DNA from: Malacoraja senta
Taxonomy: Eukaryota
Assembly: GCA_038087875.1 (NCBI GenBank)
Contig: CM075997.1
Coordinates: forward strand, 1,428,001 to 1,492,000
DNA length: 64,000 bases
Direction of reading: 5' to 3'
In this document: in pieces, positions 59,001 through 64,000 of the stretch
Layout: every line of letters starts with the position of its first letter
Position numbering within the stretch: position 1 is the stretch's first letter
Made by a program: the position numbers and the translations under genes
Notes under the pieces: model-generated
The model's database searches: none
What the model saw: the letters and a program-made list of their open reading frames with translations, nothing else
What the model was told of the DNA's origin: nothing

Positions 59001-62000
59001 AATTTAGGGGGCAGTGGAGGCGGGTTGTCTGGATACTTTCAAGAGAGAGCTAGATAGGGCTCTTAAAGATAGCGGAGTCATGGGATATGGGGAGAAGGCA
59101 GGAACGGAGTACTGATTGGGGATGATCACATTGAATGGCGGTGCTGGCTCGAAGGGCCGAATGGCCTACTCCTTCACCTATTGTCTATTGTCTATTGTCT
59201 AATTTACAATTATACCTAAGCCAATTAACCTACACACCTCCACGTCTTTGGAGTGTGGGAGGAAACCGGAGATCCCGGAGAAAACCCACGCGGGTCACGG
59301 GGAGAAGGTACAAACTCCGTACAGACAGCACCCGTGGTCGGGATCGAACCCGGGTCTCCGGCGCTGAAAGCGCTGTCAGGCAGCAACTCTACCGCTGCGC
59401 CACCGTGCCGCCCTCAGCTAGTCTCAGCGATTAAGTCGTCGGTGTGTGGGGAGGAGAGAGGACAGAATTCCAAAGATTCACAAGTGAAGAATTCGCTCTT
59501 CGGCCAGCGCTCAAAGGCCGAGCCTTGATCCTGCCCTGTTGCAGCCTCCCAGATAGATAACGTGCAGCCGACTTGCTCCAGAGATGCAGATAAGATGTCT
59601 GACCCATGATCTGGGCAGACTTTCCTTAACCCTTCAGAGTTCATTGAGCACCTACCTCAAAGCCCAGGGGCAGAGAAGGCTGAGGGATGATCTTATATAT
59701 CTGTGTGAAACCATGATGGGAATAGACAGGGTGAACGCACAGAGCTTTGACCTAGAGTAGGGGAATGTAAAACCAGAGGGAATAGCATTTTGTAGAACGG
59801 GTGTCGTTTCGGGTTGAGACCCTTCTTCAGACCTGGGGGCTGTAGACTTGAATGTGAAGAAGGGTCTCGACCCGAAACATCACTCATCCCTTCTCTCCAA
59901 TAGACAATAGGCAATAGACAATAGGTGCAGGAGTAGGCCATTCGGCCCTTCGAGCCAGCACCGCCATTCAATGTGATCATGGCTGATCATCCCCAATCAG
60001 TACCCCGTTCCTGCCTTCTCCCCATATCCCCTGACTCCGCTATCTTTAAGAGCCCTATCTAGCTCTCTCTTGAAAGCATCCAGAGAACCCGGCCTCCACC
60101 GCCCTCTGAGGCAGAGAATTCCACAGACTCACAACTCTCTGTGAGAAAAAGTGTTTCCTCGTCTCCGTTCTAAATGACTCTAGCACTATCCTACACACTA
60201 GGGACGATATACAGAGGCCGAATAACCTGTAGATGTTTGGAGTGTGGGAGGAAACCAGAGCACCCGTAGAAAACCCACACAGGTCACGGGGAGAACGTAA
60301 AACTCCATACAGACAGCACCTGTAGTCGGGATCGAACCCGGGTTCTAAATGGCTAACCCTTTATTCTTAAACCGTGGCCGCTGGTTCTGGACTCCCCCAA
60401 CATCCAGAGATGCTGCCTGTCCCGCTGAGTTACTCCAGCATTTTGCGTCTGTCTTCGATGTAAACCAGCATCTGCAGTTCTTTCCTGCACAGTTATACTT
60501 TGGCGGTGGGGGGGGGGGGGGGGGGGGGGGGAAGCATTGATGATGAGGTAGGCGCTATACAAATGCAAGTCCCCCCTGCAGCAGGTGAAAGTGCAAACAG
60601 TAGGTGAAAGGGACAAAGAACAAGTGGAAATGAAAAGTAGCTGAAGTTGTGGAAAAGTTTGGCAGCAGACAAAGGGCCCTTTATGGTCTTGTATACTTAC
60701 AGGCCCCTCTGTCGATTCAACCCGGATGCTGGTAAACTGATATGATATTCAAAGGATCACAGCTGTTTAGTGTCATGAGAGGGATTTTTTAGTTTATTTT
60801 CTCCAAAATAAATTGAGAATGTCAGTGGTTTGGCCGAGGATGAGAGATGTGTGTATGTGTGTGTGTGTGTGTGTGTGTGAACAATGAGTGGGCGGAGGGT
60901 AGCGGATGGGAGGGGGAGTCCATGACCAGCGGGTCACACAGTTTAAGAATAAGGGGTCGGCCATTTAGGACTGAGATGAGGAAAAACGTTTTCACCCAGA
61001 GAGTTGTGAATCTGCGGAATTCTCTGCCACAGAAGGCAGTGGAGGCCGATTCACTGGATGTTTTCAAGAGAGGGTTAGATTTATCTCTTAGGGCTAACAG
61101 AATCAAGGGATATGGGGAGAAAGCAGGAACGGGGGACTGATTTTGGATGATCAGCCATGATTATATTGAATGGCGGTGTTGGCTCCAAGGGCCGAATGGC
61201 CTACCCTTGCACATATTTTCTGTTTCAATGCTTCTAGGAGATGTGTGGGTGAGTGACACAAAAAGCTCGAATAACTCAGCGGGACAGGCAGCATCTCTGG
61301 AGAGAAGGAACGGGTGACGTTTCGGGTCGACCCGAAACGCCACCCATTCCTTCTCTCCAGAGATGCTGCCTGTCCCGCTGAGTTACTCCAGTTTCTCGTG
61401 TCTATCTTCGGTTTAAACCAGCATCTGCAGTTCCTTCCTACACAGATGTGTGTGTGTGTCTGTGTGTGTGTGTGTGTGTGTTTGTGTGTGTGACGGCAGA
61501 GATTGTCCATATTAGGAACTGGGTCCATCAGCATTTCTGACGCCGTTCCTCTCTCGTTTCCGGCAGAGTGGAAAAATTACGGGGCTCTTGGTCAGTTGGG
61601 ACACCCCCCCCCTTCCGTCCCTCCTCAGCCCCCTCACCCTTCAAAGTCACGCTAATATGTCGACAGTCAGCCTTTGTTCAGACCAGACTGTGTCTGCAAC
61701 TTCAAGGCTCACTAGAGAGACTTTTATGAAACCACTGGGATTCACCGCAAGGACCATCCGGTCTCTGGACGCCGACACAAAGGAACTGCAGATGCTGGTT
61801 AACATTAAAAAATAGACGCAAAAACACACGGTGGTGCAGCCGTAGAGACTCTGGCTCGATCCCGACCACAGTTGCTGTCTGTGTGGAGCTTGCACGTTCT
61901 CCCCGTGACCGTTGTGCTTTGACTTCTGCCTAACAATAAGTATTGGTTGACTTAGCGAACACATGAAATTAAGTTAACATTAAGAATAAGGGGTAAGCCG

Positions 62001-63279
62001 TTTAGAACGGAGACGGGGAAACACTTTTTCTCACAGAGAGTGGTGAGTCTGTGGGATTCTCTGCCTCAGAGGGCGGTGGAGGCAGGTTCTCTGGATGCTT
62101 TCAAGAGTGAGCTAGATAGGGCTCTTAAAGATAGCGCAGTCAGGGGATATGGGGAGAAGGCAGGAACGGGGTACTGATTGGGGATGATCAGCCATGATCA
62201 CATTGAATGGTGGTGCTGGCTCGAATGGCCTACTCCTGCACCTATTGTCTATATTAAATATATTAGGGCGGCATGGTGGCGCAGCAGTCGAGGCACTGGC
62301 TCGCAGCACTAACAGAGCCAGAGACCATGGTTGGATCCGGATGTCACCCATTCCTTCTCTCCAGAGATGCTGCCTGTCCCGCTGAGTTACTCCAGCATTT
62401 TGTGTCTATCTTCGGTTTAAACCAGCACCTGCAGTTCCTTGCTACACATCACATTGAGTAGATTTTGTAAGGAATGTGGCTTCAGAGGGGATGATATTGG
62501 AGTGAGGTTTTTTTTAACCGATGGCCAGCACAGGCTCAGTGGGTCGAAGGGCCTGTTTCCACGATGTGCGGGTCTAAGACTCTGAATAACACAAGTATGA
62601 AAGACAAGAAATACAGGTGGCAGGGGTTATGGGGAGAAGGCAGGAGAATGGGGGTTAGGAGGGAGAAATAGATCAGCCATGAATGAATGGCGCAGTGGGC
62701 TTGATGGGCCGAGTGGCCTAATTCTGATCCGATATGGAGAGAAGGCAGGTACAGGATACTGAGTTGGATGATCAGCCATGATCATATTGAATGGCGGTGC
62801 AAACTCGAAGGGCCGAATGGCCTACTCCTGCACATATTTTCTATGTTTCTATCATATGATCTTATGAACTGCAGATGCTTGGAATCTTGAACCTCCACAG
62901 ATGCTGCCTGACCTGCCTGTTACTCCAGCTCTTTGTGTCTATCTTCCATTTGACATCGCATCTTGACCCCAACTAATATTGGCCCCAGGCACCAGAGTCA
63001 ACGAGGCACGCACTGCACAGTAACAGGTCCTTCGGCCCACCGGGCCAATACTGGCCACCAGGTCCCCCATCTATACTAAGCAAAACACAAAGTGCTGGAG
63101 GATCTCAGCATCTGTGGATGGTATGGATAGGACAGGGGATGTTTCAGGTCTGGACCCTTCTTCAGACACGGACCTGGCACCTGGGTGACGCGGGTACCGG
63201 GACAATGGGTGAATTCTTGCCAATCTCCGGGCCAGCAGATTATTATTCTCCCCAATCTCAGCAGAATTCCTCGCATTAC

Positions 63280-63520
63280 CTTTCAGGTTTACGCACAATT
63301 AGGATCCTTCCGTCTGTGTCCCGCTGTCAAAGGAGAAACTGCTGCATTATCTGGCCAGGAAATGCCAGTGTGAGAGAGTGGTCCCTCGAAATCACTTCCA
63401 ATTGGCAATGGTTTCACTGATGCCGGTCCAAGCCCAGCTTGCTCGGAGAACACCCCCTTTTATAGGCACGTCTGGAACTGGCGATGGACAGATTACTCAG
63501 GGAAGGCTGTGGGAACATTT
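63280..63520 (-). promoter_or_regulatory. Candidate TATA promoter and non-coding first exon
   Basis: CCTATAAAAGGGGG on the minus strand (TATAAAA 63464-63458), about 150 nt of unique sequence, then the donor AAG|gtaatg at 63280/63279. Confidence 0.45.
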
Positions 63521-63557
63521 CACTTGGCTCCGGCTTTTGAAAGTCCAGAGGCACTGA

Positions 63558-63830
63558 GTGAGAGGGGGAGGGGAGGGAGAGAGAGGGGAGGGGGGAAGAA
63601 AGGGGATAGGAGGAGGGGGAAAGAAAGGGGATAGGAGGAGGGGAGAGAGAGAGGGATGGGAGGAGAGGGGCAGAGGAGAGAGAGAGAGGGGGGGAGAGAG
63701 AGAGGGTGAGAGAGGGAGAGAGGAAGGGAGGGATGAAGGGAGAGAGGAAAGGAGGGAGGGAAGAAGGAGGGGAGGAGAGAGGGAGAGAGGAAGGGAGAGG
63801 GGGGGGGGGAAGGAAGGAAAAGGTGGGAGG
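63558..63830. repeat. Polypurine (GA-rich) low-complexity tract
   Basis: Almost only G and A on the + strand. Confidence 0.9.
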
Positions 63831-64000
63831 CAAGCAGGCAGGTGAGATATCCCCGCCTCTCTCCTGCCCCCATGCCCAGCGAGACCTGACGTTAATGCTG
63901 TTAGCTCCAGGGTTTACTTAAGGTGACACAGCGACCCCCACACTGCCTGGTCTGACAGTCTGAAGAAGGGTCTCGACCCGAAACGTCACCCAATCCTTCT

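Overview
This is eukaryotic (vertebrate) genomic DNA, very probably from a cartilaginous fish (skate/ray-like). The basis is the dense HE1-type tRNA-derived V-SINEs, CR1/HER1 LINEs, Penelope-like and Rex1-like fragments. Most entries in the ORF track are transposon debris. Reading splice sites by hand gives four host genes, all on the minus strand. From right to left: (1) a probable first coding exon of PLEKHG2 (MPEG..., 34.5 kb); (2) the last two exons of globin X (24.4-25.1 kb), with the missing exons of both genes probably in the 200-N gap at 26.25 kb; (3) a complete four-exon, 144-aa secreted IL-2/IL-15-family cytokine, best called IL-15-like (IL15L, 8.8-13.3 kb), which the ORF track does not assemble; (4) exons 1-2 of SAE1, under a CpG-island promoter containing an 8 x 32-bp TGACGTC minisatellite. 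Other notable items: hammerhead-ribozyme-like cores in the abundant Penelope 3' ends, fold-back mini-elements with long target-site duplications, a near-intact CR1 nested in another element, a Harbinger-like MITE, a THAP-domain fragment between inverted repeats, inverted templated insertions, and a clustered STAT/IRF/RUNX motif set inside the cytokine gene. All gene identifications come from recalled family motifs; no database search was run.
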